From assembly GCA_963806225.1 (NCBI GenBank), contig CAWDXG010000004.1, positions 576,001 through 640,000 on the forward strand: a stretch of 64,000 nt of DNA. The letters run 5' to 3'. The notes below the pieces were generated by a model, which worked only from the letters and a program-made list of their open reading frames with translations, did not search any database and was not told the DNA's origin. This DNA is from an uncultured delta proteobacterium (lineage in GTDB: Bacteria > Myxococcota_A > Polyangia > Polyangiales > Polyangiaceae). A program made the translations under genes and the position numbers. Positions 20,499 to 29,774 of the stretch are shown one piece after another; position 1 is the stretch's first letter, and each line of letters starts with the position of its first letter.

Positions 20499-20893
20499 AT
20501 ATCGAATCTACCACATGGAGAAGCTCGCCGTGAGGTGTCCTGGCAGCCACCCCCACGTCGACGGGCCCCGCAACGCTCGCGCTGTCAACCACGCCCCTGC
20601 CCCTGCTACGGCTCGCTCCGCGTCGGTCGTGGCCGTCGCGTGCTCACGGGCCATAGTCCTCGTCTCCGCATTGCTGTGCTGCAGATGGACGCGATGCACG
20701 GCTGGGGCTCCGCCTGCGGAGGCCCGCTCCGCCGCGAAGACCGCGCCCGCCGCTGCGCTTGGGGCGGGGCGAGTACGGGCCGCGCCCGGCTCGCTCGGGT
20801 TCACTTCGGGGTGATACCGCGGGTCCTGGCAGCCGCTATCACGCGGTGGACTCCCGCAGCATTCGAGCTGCGCTACACGCCCCTGATCTACCG

Positions 20894-21757
20894 CTACCCG
20901 AACAACTCGCGGACATCTGTCAACGTCGCCGCACGCGTCAGCCACGCGTCCAGCGTCGGAATGTCGCGGCAGGCGCGCACGCGCTCGGCCACGTCGTCGG
21001 GCACGGCGAAGCCGCGCGCTTCGAGCACGCGAAGGATGCCTTCGGCCTTGCCCTCCGCCAGTCCCTGCCCGAAGTACCGCCGGGCATACTCGCTCTGGTA
21101 TTCGTATTTCTGGACCATGATGGCTTCTACTTTCCTGCGGGCGCCGGGCTCGAGCGCTGCGAGCACCATGTCGATGTAGAGTGTACGCCTGTCGGGCTCG
21201 AAGGCCAGCGAGGCCTCGGCTGCGAGCTCGCCGAGCGCTACGGCGTGCGGGCCGCGGCCGTGCACGACGGCGGAGAGCACCGTCAGGTACGGGCTCTCGA
21301 CCGCCCGATCGCGATCGAGCAGCTCCGGCACCGTCGAAGGACCGAGCACGAGCGGCGTGAGCTCGAAGCCGGGATGGCCGACAGCGATCGGCTGCGCCGC
21401 CCAGCGCTCGACCCGCCGGCTCGGCGTGACCACGACGAGATAGACCGCGCACTGCTGCTCGGCCCACTGCCACACCACGTAGCGCGGCCAGACGCGGCGC
21501 TTCGCGTCGCGCGCGTCCGCGTTGGTGTCAAGCTGCACTTCCACGATCAGGACGAAGCGACGGCGCCCGGCGCGTACGTGCAGCACGAGATCAGCGGCGT
21601 ACTCGGGCGGGCGGGCCTCGCCAAAGCTGGCCGCCACGATCTCGACGCTCGCCCTGGCAGGCAGCGCCACGTGCAGCACGCTGCGGAGCAGCTCCGCGAC
21701 GAACGCCGGCCTCGACCGGAACAGATCCACCAGGGCCTCATGCAGCTGCGAAGGCAC
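20894..21757 (-). CDS. Rpn-like PD-(D/E)XK nuclease / putative transposase family protein
   Basis: HEALVDLF, EYAADLV...IVEVQL, WPRY, PLVLGP, YEYQSEYARRY, EGKAEG and C-terminal LEARG...LDAWL motifs. Confidence 0.75.
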   Translation of the reverse strand: MPSQLHEALVDLFRSRPAFVAELLRSVLHVALPARASVEIVAASFGEARPPEYAADLVLHVRAGRRRFVLIVEVQLDTNADARDAKRRVWPRYVVWQWAEQQCAVYLVVVTPSRRVERWAAQPIAVGHPGFELTPLVLGPSTVPELLDRDRAVESPYLTVLSAVVHGRGPHAVALGELAAEASLAFEPDRRTLYIDMVLAALEPGARRKVEAIMVQKYEYQSEYARRYFGQGLAEGKAEGILRVLEARGFAVPDDVAERVRACRDIPTLDAWLTRAATLTDVRELFG

Positions 21758-22158
21758 GCGCGAGGTGCAGCAAGCGGCGTGCCGCGCGGAAATGCCGGCA
21801 AGAGCGCATTGTGCGGGGTGGCGGCGCAGGGATCCGCCGGCGGCGGCCGCCAGTGGCGGGAACACCTGCGCGACCTGCTCGCGGAGCGGCTGACCGCGGC
21901 GTTCGGACAGGTTCCGGGCCCGCCGGCATCGGGACCGGGCCTCGTTCACGTCCACCTCGTCTACCCCGGCGAGGGCGCGCCCCGCTTCGTCGACCTCGCC
22001 CGCCTCCGCCAGCTCGCCGCCCGCATCCGGCAAGACGTCCCGGGTGCGGACATCCTCGTCACCAGAGGCGGCGCGCGGCGCTCCACTGTCCGGCCATCGA
22101 CGGTCGGCGTACGTGATGGGGTTGGACTTCGAGTCCCTTTTCCTGGCCCTCTTGCGGA

Positions 22159-22398
22159 TCAGGGTATGTCGTACTGTATGCCGACCCGCCACGCAGCGAG
22201 CCAGGTCACGGCGCCCACTTCGGCTTGTCCCCGGGTGGGAAGCGAGGGTCCGGAAGAGCTGCCCCGGTCGTAGGTGTAGGTCACGCGCTCGCGGCCGAGG
22301 TCATCGTCGAACCCCAGCCAGATGCTGAACACGAAGGGGTCCAGGTAGAAGGATCCGCCGGCGCGCAGCCCCCCGTCAGGTCGGGCCATAGGCACCAC
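22159..22398 (-). pseudogene. C-terminal fragment of a beta-barrel-like protein
   Basis: Alternating amphipathic strands ending WRVGIQYDIP; no signal peptide or credible N-terminus. Confidence 0.35.
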
Positions 22399-22499
22399 GC
22401 TGTTGCTGGGCTGCCCAGCGCTGTGCGCTTGCCGTGTACCTAACGCACTCCTCGATCTTTGCCTGGCAGAGCGCCTGCTGCGCTTGAAGTCGAAGCAGG

Positions 22500-22745
22500 A
22501 AGCCCCTCCAGGCGCTCGCAGCGTGCTTCCTCATCCTCTCGCTCCGCTTCACGCTTGTAGCAGTCCGCCAGACCATCAAGAAACGCGCTGGTCTCCGGCC
22601 AATGCCCGTCTGCACGCAGGCGCTCTGCGGTCTGTCGATAGGCGGTCTCGATCTCGCGTTCCTGACGCCCCCAACTTTCCCCACCGCAAAGCCGTGGTCG
22701 CGCTCGCACCCAGGCACAGCGTCGACCGGAACCCCCAGTCGTGCG
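22500..22745 (-). pseudogene. C-terminal remnant of a large HTH/ATPase-type island protein
   Basis: GFAVGK / GRQEREIETAYRQTAERLRADGHWPETSAFLDGLADCYKREAEREDEEA resembles the GGxQER...WP.T...Y..EA..ED tail I recall from such proteins. Confidence 0.4.
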
Positions 22746-22959
22746 CGAGCGCACCTGCGAGCCGTCAAATCGCGAGCAGGCACCTGGACCGCCCACCGAC
22801 AGAACGGTATGCACCCGCGTGCACGCCCGAGCAGAGCGTCACCAGCAATGTCGAGCGCCGCGTCATGAATTCTGAGTGCTCACCACGAGCACCAGAACCG
22901 AGGCGCAGCAACGTCGCTGGTGCTGCGGCTTGTCGTGTCGAAGCGGAGTGCGACGCTCT

Positions 22960-23240
22960 CCGCACCTTCGACAGCGCCATCTCCCACATCGACTGGGCCA
23001 CGCTGCTTCGCCGCGTCTACGACATCGACGCCCTCGCCTGCCCCTGCGGCGGCCGCCTCCGCTTCACCGACCTCGTCACCGATTCCGACGAAGCCCGCGC
23101 CGCCCTCGAAGAGCTGCGCCTCCCCGCGAGCCCACCGCCAATCCTGCCCGCCCACGCCGCGCCCGAGCTCCTCGACCTCCCACCGCCCGACCCCTAGCCA
23201 GACCGCGCGCCCGGCGAGCGCCCGCTCTTGGAGTTCCTGG
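22960..23240 (+). mobile_element. IS91/ISCR-like transposase 3' remnant with a possible element end
   Basis: IDWATLLRRVYDIDALACPCGGRLR...L.LP..PP C-terminal motif (stop at 23197), followed by TTGGAGTTCCT (23228-23238), which loosely resembles ISCR oriIS ends. Confidence 0.65.
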
Positions 23241-23445
23241 CCTTGAGCGCGCTGCACCTGGCCTCCATCGCTGACAAGCGCGAGCGCTTCCCACGTGATC
23301 CGAATGCGGAGCAACGTCTACCTGTGCAGCCGTCGCCTGTGCGGCAGGAATGTGCACCCGCAGGACAGCCGCGTGGCAGCGATCTCGCGCGCCAAGCCAA
23401 TCCACGAAGCGCGACCGCGCGGAGGCTCGGCGGCGCGCCGACACC

Positions 23446-24858
23446 ATGACGGAGGTTGCAGCCCGGCTCACCGACGCTGGACAGTCGGACCACGCTCGCC
23501 TGCTGCTCGATCGGCTCGGCGCCGCCGCAACGGACGCGGACGCGGCACAGCCGGTGCGCATCGCCGACGGGCTGTGCAGCGGCGGCGTAGTGCCCGAGCA
23601 GAAGCGCCTGACGAACATGCGCACGACGTTCCGACAGCTCGGCGCGCGCTGGACCTCCGGTGGGCTGGCCCGCGCCTTCCCCGACTACGTGGCGGAGAAG
23701 CGCACCGCGCACGTAGACGAGGCGCGGCTCGCCAAGCTGTGCGCGATCGAGGTCGCGCCCGGGCAACCGCTCGGAAATGTGCGGCCGGTCGCGTTCAAGG
23801 TCGAGCACGCCAAGATCGCGATGGCGAACCTGCCCGCGTCGGCGCAGCGTCCCGCCACCCGCCGGCACTACGCCCAATTGGTCCACCGCGTGTTGTCGCT
23901 CGCCGCCTGGCCTTGCGAGATCATCCCGGCCAACCCGCTGCCCAAGCGCTTCATGCCGCGCGTGGGCGATCCGCCGGACTACTCGTACCTGTACCCCGAC
24001 GAGGATCGGAAGCTGCTCGGCCACGTCGAGATCCCGGTGCGCGATCGACTGTTCTTCGGCCTGCTCGTGCGCGAAGGTCTGCGCGCCAGCGAAGCGCAGC
24101 AGCTCGTCTGGGCGGACCTGGACCTGGAGCAAGGCACGCTGTCGCTCGACAGGAACAAGACCGACGACGCGCGATCGTGGGTGCTCGATCCCGGCGTCGT
24201 GCGGGCGCTCAGCAAGTGGCGGAAGCGCTTCCACCGCGACGCAGGCCCGGATGACCTCGTCTTCCGCGACGAGCAGGGCGCGCCGATGGAGCTGAACATG
24301 CTGGCCCGCACGTTGCGCCGGGCCCTGCTCCGCGCCGGCGTGCCCCGCAAGGAACTGCACGCCTCGGGCACGAACCGCAGTAGGCTCCGGGCCCATGACC
24401 TCCGCGGCACGTTCATCACGCTGGCCCTCGCCAACGGGAAGACCGAAGCGTGGGTCATGGATCGCACGGGGCACCAGACCAGCGACATGCTGGCCCGCTA
24501 CAAACGCGGCCGGAACCGCGCCGAGGAGCTCCGCCACGGCCTGCCGATGGCCCTCGACCTCGCGATTCCGGAGCTTCGTGACCAGGGGGGTGGGCACCGG
24601 GTGGGCAGGCCCACCCGGTCCATGGTAGGAGCAGCAGCCGCAACTAGTCAGGATCACGACACAAGCCGAAGTGGCGGAATGGCAGACGCGGTGGATTCAA
24701 AATCCGCTGTCCGCAAGGGCGTGTGGGTTCGAATCCCACCTTCGGCACCCATCAGCGGCGCGCACGGCGGGCGGCTTCGCGACGGGCAGCGGCTGTGCCC
24801 GGAGCTCCGCGGACGCGCTCTGCAGCCGCTTCGAGCGTGGGCTCGAGCGGCGTCGTAG
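23446..24858 (+). CDS. Tyrosine recombinase/integrase (N-terminus probably truncated; ORF reads through the tRNA)
   Basis: Full catalytic set: EGLRASE (R), NKT (K), HDLR (HxxR), TGH (H), LARY (Y). Confidence 0.88.
   Translation: MTEVAARLTDAGQSDHARLLLDRLGAAATDADAAQPVRIADGLCSGGVVPEQKRLTNMRTTFRQLGARWTSGGLARAFPDYVAEKRTAHVDEARLAKLCAIEVAPGQPLGNVRPVAFKVEHAKIAMANLPASAQRPATRRHYAQLVHRVLSLAAWPCEIIPANPLPKRFMPRVGDPPDYSYLYPDEDRKLLGHVEIPVRDRLFFGLLVREGLRASEAQQLVWADLDLEQGTLSLDRNKTDDARSWVLDPGVVRALSKWRKRFHRDAGPDDLVFRDEQGAPMELNMLARTLRRALLRAGVPRKELHASGTNRSRLRAHDLRGTFITLALANGKTEAWVMDRTGHQTSDMLARYKRGRNRAEELRHGLPMALDLAIPELRDQGGGHRVGRPTRSMVGAAAATSQDHDTSRSGGMADAVDSKSAVRKGVWVRIPPSAPISGAHGGRLRDGQRLCPELRGRALQPLRAWARAAS
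24665..24747 (+). tRNA. tRNA-Leu (anticodon CAA)
   Basis: Acceptor stem GCCGAAG/CTTCGGC plus discriminator A; D-arm GGCGGAATGGCAGACGC; anticodon arm GTGGA-TTCAAAA-TCCGC; long variable arm; T-arm GTGGG-TTCGAAT-CCCAC; CCA not encoded. Confidence 0.97.
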
Positions 24859-25111
24859 AATCCACCAGATCCGCCAGGCGACCGGTCGCGCGCTCGGCGC
24901 GCTGCCACGCGGCCGCGTGACCCAGCGTGCCGGGCTCGTGCTCCAGGGCCAGATCGACGGCGGCACGCAGCTCCTGGCCGGCAGACTGGATGGCCAGCAG
25001 GCGCCGCCGCCCGGCGCCCTGCTCCTTGGCAGCGGCGTACATCGCGCGCAGGATGCCCAGGAGGTCGCGGACGGCCTCGAACGGGAACGGATCCTGACGC
25101 GGCGCTAGCAT
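24752..25111 (-). CDS. Hypothetical helical protein (119 aa)
   Basis: MLAPRQDPFPFEAVRDLLGILRAMY...; GC3-biased with an all-helical pattern. Confidence 0.65.
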   Translation of the reverse strand: MLAPRQDPFPFEAVRDLLGILRAMYAAAKEQGAGRRRLLAIQSAGQELRAAVDLALEHEPGTLGHAAAWQRAERATGRLADLVDSTTPLEPTLEAAAERVRGAPGTAAARREAARRARR

Positions 25112-25189
25112 CGAACTCCACCGAGCCCCGACGGGCAGGACTGCAAGCGTGACGCAGACCGCCCGGCTCCACAACGGCAGAACACGACG

Positions 25190-25816
25190 ATGACCAGGCA
25201 CGGCGGAAACGGTGGCGGCGGAACGCGCGGTGGGCGGGGGCGCGGCCCCGAGCTTCTCGGAGCGCTGCTCGCCGACGCGCGAGCCCGGGCGGCGCGCTCG
25301 GCCGAGCCGGGGCGGATCGACGCCGAGCTGTGGCGCCGCGCGGTGGGCCCCCGGATCAGCGACCGGACCCGGCCGGGCCGGCTGGAGCGTGGCACGCTGC
25401 TCGTCCGCGTTGCGTCCGCGGTGTGGGCGCAGGAACTGTCGCTGCTCTCCGACGACCTCATCGGCCGGCTGCGCGCATCCGGTCTGGCAGTGGACACGCT
25501 ACGCTTCCGTGTCGAGCGCCTCGAGCCCCGCCCTCGCGTGGTAGCGCCTAGAGCCCCCGCGCCGCCACCGGCGCCGCTCCCCGCGGATCTCGAGAGCCGG
25601 CTCGCGGAGGTCGACGACCCGGAGCTGCGCGCGGCGATCGCCCAGGCCGCGGGCTATTCGCTCGCACTCGACGCACGCCGTCCGAGCGACGCTAGCGAGC
25701 CGAAGCCAGCCGCTCCAGGCCCTCGATCCGCTGCGTCAGGAAGCGATCAGCCGGACCGAACTTCTCCCGCGCCTCGCGCAGGATCGCGACGTAGGCGCGG
25801 AGACCGGCGAGATTGA
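25190..25816 (+). CDS. DUF721/DciA-family protein
   Basis: WRRAVGPRISDRTRP..L..GTLLVRVASAVWAQEL motif. Confidence 0.8.
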   Translation: MTRHGGNGGGGTRGGRGRGPELLGALLADARARAARSAEPGRIDAELWRRAVGPRISDRTRPGRLERGTLLVRVASAVWAQELSLLSDDLIGRLRASGLAVDTLRFRVERLEPRPRVVAPRAPAPPPAPLPADLESRLAEVDDPELRAAIAQAAGYSLALDARRPSDASEPKPAAPGPRSAASGSDQPDRTSPAPRAGSRRRRGDRRD

Positions 25817-26606
25817 TCCCGGATACGCGGCGCAGAACCGTATACAGCTCGTCGACGACATGACCCGGGAGCGGGCGTTTCATCGGCTTGTAGAGATCGA
25901 ACACGTAGTCGACCCAGCTGCCCTTGCCCGTCGCACCGGCCAGCTTCACGCCGTACTCGGCCGCCTTCTCGGCCATGGCCGGATCGACCGTACCGCGCGC
26001 CGCGCTGTCGATCATGTTCACGAGGTACGCTGACAGGATCTTCTCCGCTTCCTCGCCGCGGCCCAGCGCGAGCACCTTGTCCGCCACACCGCCGAGGAGG
26101 TCGAGGGCGTCGCCCTGGTGGGTGGCATCCTCCTCCATGGGGTCGGTGAGCGTGGGGCGCGTCCCGAGGGGCTGGGCGTCGACTCCCGTCAGTGTCTCGG
26201 CATTGAAGCGCATGGTCCGGGCAGCAGGCGCCGCGGTACGTGACCTGCCGTGCACGATCATCTCCTGCTTGCCGATCACGAGACGGTCGCCCACATTCAG
26301 CTCGCGGCGCCGTTCTACCCGCTCGCCGTTGACGTAGACACCGTTGACGCTCTCGAGATCCTCGACCACCGCGGCGTCGTCGAGGAGCAGCACCTGCGCG
26401 TGGCGTCGCGAGACCAGCGCGTCGTCGAGAACCAGCTGGCAGACTGCGCTGCGCCCGATCACGATCGGCTGCGCCCCCACGTCGAAGCGACGCCCGTGGT
26501 GGTCGAGCCAATAGCGCGTGCCGGCATCCACCGAGCCGGCTTCAGCCACGGCGATATTCGGCTGGGTCTGATGGGACGACGAGTCCGATTTCACGCCGTC
26601 GAACAA
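25692..26606 (-). CDS. FHA-domain protein 3
   Basis: IGRS...VSRRHA...DLESVNG FHA motifs plus the shared C-terminal helical domain. Start uncertain. Confidence 0.88.
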   Translation of the reverse strand: MFDGVKSDSSSHQTQPNIAVAEAGSVDAGTRYWLDHHGRRFDVGAQPIVIGRSAVCQLVLDDALVSRRHAQVLLLDDAAVVEDLESVNGVYVNGERVERRRELNVGDRLVIGKQEMIVHGRSRTAAPAARTMRFNAETLTGVDAQPLGTRPTLTDPMEEDATHQGDALDLLGGVADKVLALGRGEEAEKILSAYLVNMIDSAARGTVDPAMAEKAAEYGVKLAGATGKGSWVDYVFDLYKPMKRPLPGHVVDELYTVLRRVSGINLAGLRAYVAILREAREKFGPADRFLTQRIEGLERLASAR

Positions 26607-26640
26607 TACCGGTCGGGCGGTCGTCCGTCGAGGAGCGGCA

Positions 26641-27390
26641 CTATTTCACCGCCGCAACGCGCTCCAGACCCTCGATTCGCCCCACCAGAAAACGCTCGGC
26701 TGGCCCTGCGTGCGAGCGCTCGCGCAGGGAAGCGATGTATCCGCGCAGCGACCCCAGCTCGACCTGGCCAACCCTTGGTAGCACCGCGTACAGCTCGTCG
26801 ACCACGCTGACGGGGCAGGCGCACCGGAGTGCGGCGTAGAGCTGGATGACGTAGTCGAACCAGCGCGCACGCCCGGTTGTGGAGGCCAACCTGAGAGCGA
26901 ACAGCGCGCCGCGCTCGCAGAGCTCCGCCTTGGGCGCGCGCGTCCCGCGGGCGTCAGCGAGCAGCTGCTCGAGCCGCGCTCCGAGTATCCGCTCGGCCTC
27001 GTCACCGCGCCCGAGCGCCAGCGCCTTGTCCGCGAGGCTGCCGAGCAGCTCGAACGCCTGCACGCGCGTCTCCGTCGCGCCAGGCCGCGCAATGGTCTCG
27101 GCACGCGCAGCCTTGGCCGATAGCAGCGCGATCTCCTGCGTACCGATGGTCAGGCGGTCGCCGTGCGCCAGCTTCTCGGCGCGTTCGATGCGCCGCCCGT
27201 TGAGCCGCACGCCGTTGCGGCTGCCCAGATCCTCGAGCAGCACCTCGTCCCCGTCGACGGTCAGCGCCGCGTGGAAGCGCGACACGAGCGGATCGTCCAG
27301 CGACAGCTGGCATTCGGTGCTCCGGCCGACGAGAAACCGCCCGTCGGTGAGCTCCAGGTCTTGCTGCTGGTAGCGCAGCCGGAATCCCAT
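26641..27390 (-). CDS. FHA-domain protein 2
   Basis: VGRS...VSRFHA...DLGSRNG motifs plus the shared C-terminal domain. Confidence 0.9.
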   Translation of the reverse strand: MGFRLRYQQQDLELTDGRFLVGRSTECQLSLDDPLVSRFHAALTVDGDEVLLEDLGSRNGVRLNGRRIERAEKLAHGDRLTIGTQEIALLSAKAARAETIARPGATETRVQAFELLGSLADKALALGRGDEAERILGARLEQLLADARGTRAPKAELCERGALFALRLASTTGRARWFDYVIQLYAALRCACPVSVVDELYAVLPRVGQVELGSLRGYIASLRERSHAGPAERFLVGRIEGLERVAAVK

Positions 27391-28277
27391 CAGCGCTCAC
27401 CGGGCGGCGAGCTCAGCGACTCGACGCGGGAGAAGGCGTCCTGCTCCTCCAGCTTCGGGCCACCTCCGGCACGGATGCGCTCGACGACACGGTTCGCCTC
27501 GGGAGCCAGCGAGGCGCGCTCGGCCGGCGGAAGCGTGGACAGCGACGATCCCACATCTGCCGCCGGGATCAGCCCCATCGCCGCGTACAGCCCGAGCACC
27601 CAACGCCCCCACTCCGCCTGCTTGCGCTGCGCGGCTAGCGCCGCCGCCGCGCGGGCGAGCACGTCGAGATGCTTGCGTTCAACGTTCTCGTTCGCCGCGA
27701 CGCGCTCCTCGACGTTGCTGCGGGCCCGCCGCAGCACGCGCTCGATATCGTCCCAGCGCCCCAACGACAGGGCCTTCTCGAGCACCTCGACGAGCAGCTC
27801 GAGAGTCCAGTTCCGCTGCTGATCGTCCTCCGCCCCGCTGAGCGTTTCCTCGTCCATGCGATCGGTAGCGCCGCACGACGGGCATTGCACCAGGTCGGTG
27901 GGATACGGCAGCCCACAGACTGCGCAGTGACACATGAAGCCGGTCGGTCGCGTACCGGGCAGGCCCTGCTTGCGGGGCTGCACGGGCACGGTGCACAGCA
28001 CGAACTCCTGCGTGCCGATGCGGATCCTGTCGCCGTCGACCAGTACCTGCTCGCCCTCGATCTGCCGGCCGTTCACGATCAGGCCGTTGCGCGAGCCGAG
28101 ATCCTCGATGCTGGCGCGATCGCCGAGGATCCTGAGCCGCGCGTGTTGGCGCGACACGAGCGGATCCTCGATCGTCACGTGACACGACGCGCTTCGGCCG
28201 AGCAGGGTGTCGCCCTGCGGCAGATCGATCTCCTGGAGCAGGAAGCGTAGGCGGTAGCGAGGCAAGGACCGACCCAC
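27390..28277 (-). CDS. FHA-domain protein 1 with a zinc ribbon
   Basis: LGRS...VSRQHA...DLGSRNG; CAVC-x10-CPSC; divergent copy of the shared C-terminal domain; TGATG coupling to FHA2. Confidence 0.9.
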   Translation of the reverse strand: MGRSLPRYRLRFLLQEIDLPQGDTLLGRSASCHVTIEDPLVSRQHARLRILGDRASIEDLGSRNGLIVNGRQIEGEQVLVDGDRIRIGTQEFVLCTVPVQPRKQGLPGTRPTGFMCHCAVCGLPYPTDLVQCPSCGATDRMDEETLSGAEDDQQRNWTLELLVEVLEKALSLGRWDDIERVLRRARSNVEERVAANENVERKHLDVLARAAAALAAQRKQAEWGRWVLGLYAAMGLIPAADVGSSLSTLPPAERASLAPEANRVVERIRAGGGPKLEEQDAFSRVESLSSPPGER

Positions 28278-28373
28278 CAGTGCCGCAGTTTGCGACTCGG
28301 AATCCGGGCATGAGGCTAACCGGCCCGTGGCCAGAGGTCAAAGCGCTCTCGCCCGGCGCCTCCAGGCCCGCTC

Positions 28374-28820
28374 CTACCCGCTGCGGGCCAGAACCCGGAG
28401 CAGGCCGTAGATGAGCCGGGGATGCGACAGAAGCCCGTAGATCTTGATGCGCCGGCCGCGCAGGGCCGACCACAGGACCGAGATCGCGTGGCGGCCATCG
28501 GCGTCGCCCGGGGCGGGCAGCGGCACGCGCAGCCGGGTCTTGAACGGCAGATCCGCCAGCGCCTCGATATCGGCGCTCCGGCCGCGCAGGGTTACATCGG
28601 GAATACCCACGATTCCCTCGTGAACGGTCAAGCGACCGAAGTCGAAGCGAAGCGTCAGGGCGCTCCCGGCGTCGTCCGCGACGACGGCGATCGCGCCGCG
28701 GAGCCGGTCGAACTCGCGGCGCTGAGCCGCGCGGCGGGCGTTCGTGCGCACCAGCTCCGCCAGCACGCGTGCTAGCGGGTCCTTTTCGGCCCCCGGGCCC
28801 AGGTCGACGACTGGCTCCAC
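28374..28820 (-). CDS. SCP2-like (sterol carrier fold) hypothetical protein
   Basis: TLRFDFGRLTVHEG...PDVTLRG...ALRGRRIKIYG pattern. Start approximate (GTG 28820 or 28871). Confidence 0.55.
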   Translation of the reverse strand: MEPVVDLGPGAEKDPLARVLAELVRTNARRAAQRREFDRLRGAIAVVADDAGSALTLRFDFGRLTVHEGIVGIPDVTLRGRSADIEALADLPFKTRLRVPLPAPGDADGRHAISVLWSALRGRRIKIYGLLSHPRLIYGLLRVLARSG

Positions 28821-28897
28821 CGCTTCCGTGGTAGGCCCGAACGCTCCTGGCGCGTCAAGGCCTTGCTCCACGAGCGCGACCGTGCGCTGGTTCGGAC

Positions 28898-29716
28898 GTG
28901 ACCAACGCCACGGATTGGGCCCGCGGATTGTGTGCTGCTTCGGCTGCGACGGTGCTCCTCGGCTCCGCCTTCGCGGCGGCGTCGCAGCCGGAAGCCGGAG
29001 CGGCTCCCCCGACGGCGGCAGCCCCGTCGGCCGGCGACGCTGGTGCGCCGCCCATGGCGCCAGCACCGGCCAGCTCCTCGTCGGAATCCGGGACGGCGCC
29101 AGCTGCGCCACCGGCCAGCTCCTCGGCGCCTGTGCCGACGGGTTCCGCCCACGCCCCGCCCGCTCCGCCGCCGGTGGCCTCCGCGCGGCCCCCGTCCAGC
29201 CTTCCCGCACCGACCACCCCGGCGCGCCGCGGCGCGCCAGGCGAGGCGTTCGTGCACCTGCACGTCGATTATCCGGGCGCGTGGCTGGAGACACGCGACT
29301 ACGTCGACGACGGACCCTGGCGGCGCGCGTGCCCCGCGCCGTGCGACCGCACGCTCGTGGTCGAAGGCATCGACGTGCGCGTCGCGGCACCCGGCATGAC
29401 CACGTCCAACGTGTTCCGCATCGACCCGGGCAGCGGCCAGGCGCAGCTCAAGGTCTCCGGAGGCTCGGCGAGCTCACGCACAACCGGCATAGTCGGCATG
29501 TCCGCCGGCGTGCCGGTGACCCTCGCGGGGATGGCGATGTACGGCTATGGCCGGTATGCGGACAGCAGCGGGCTGCGTACCGCCGGCATCATCACGCTGG
29601 CCGTGGGCGCGGTCACCGTGCTCGGGTCGCTGCCGTTCCTGGCCCATGGCGGCACCAAGGTGCGCGACGCCAAGGGCACGGTGATCGCCGCGGTGACGAG
29701 CGGCGCGCGCTTCTAG
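28898..29716 (+). CDS. Secreted/membrane protein with a Pro/Ala linker, a CxxxC domain and two C-terminal hydrophobic helices
   Basis: Signal peptide, low-complexity linker, ACPAPCD motif, two hydrophobic segments. Confidence 0.65.
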   Translation: MTNATDWARGLCAASAATVLLGSAFAAASQPEAGAAPPTAAAPSAGDAGAPPMAPAPASSSSESGTAPAAPPASSSAPVPTGSAHAPPAPPPVASARPPSSLPAPTTPARRGAPGEAFVHLHVDYPGAWLETRDYVDDGPWRRACPAPCDRTLVVEGIDVRVAAPGMTTSNVFRIDPGSGQAQLKVSGGSASSRTTGIVGMSAGVPVTLAGMAMYGYGRYADSSGLRTAGIITLAVGAVTVLGSLPFLAHGGTKVRDAKGTVIAAVTSGARF

Positions 29717-29774
29717 CGACCCTCGAGCGCTATGCCGGGAGCGTCCCCTCGCCGCCCCCGGCCCGGCTGCAGCC

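Larger units (their letters stand above)
15591..24750. mobile_element. Decayed integrative island ending at tRNA-Leu (left boundary approximate)
   Basis: Tyrosine integrase abutting the tRNA, IS91-like and Rpn-like genes, many truncated fragments, and locally more AT-rich sequence. No clear attL repeat was found. Confidence 0.6.

Noticed and set aside
20537..20834. 12-bp direct repeat GTCCTGGCAGCC at 20537 and 20823 as a target-site duplication
   Set aside because: No terminal inverted repeats or mobile gene between the copies; could be chance.
22118..22143. GGACTTCGAGTCCC as a tRNA T-arm remnant or att site
   Set aside because: It does not form a T-arm stem and does not match the tRNA-Leu; more likely a small terminator-like hairpin before a T-run.
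22425..22500. GTTAGGT (minus strand) as an integron attC core site
   Set aside because: No matching RYYYAAC inverse core or attC-like dyad, and the integrase lacks recognisable IntI features.
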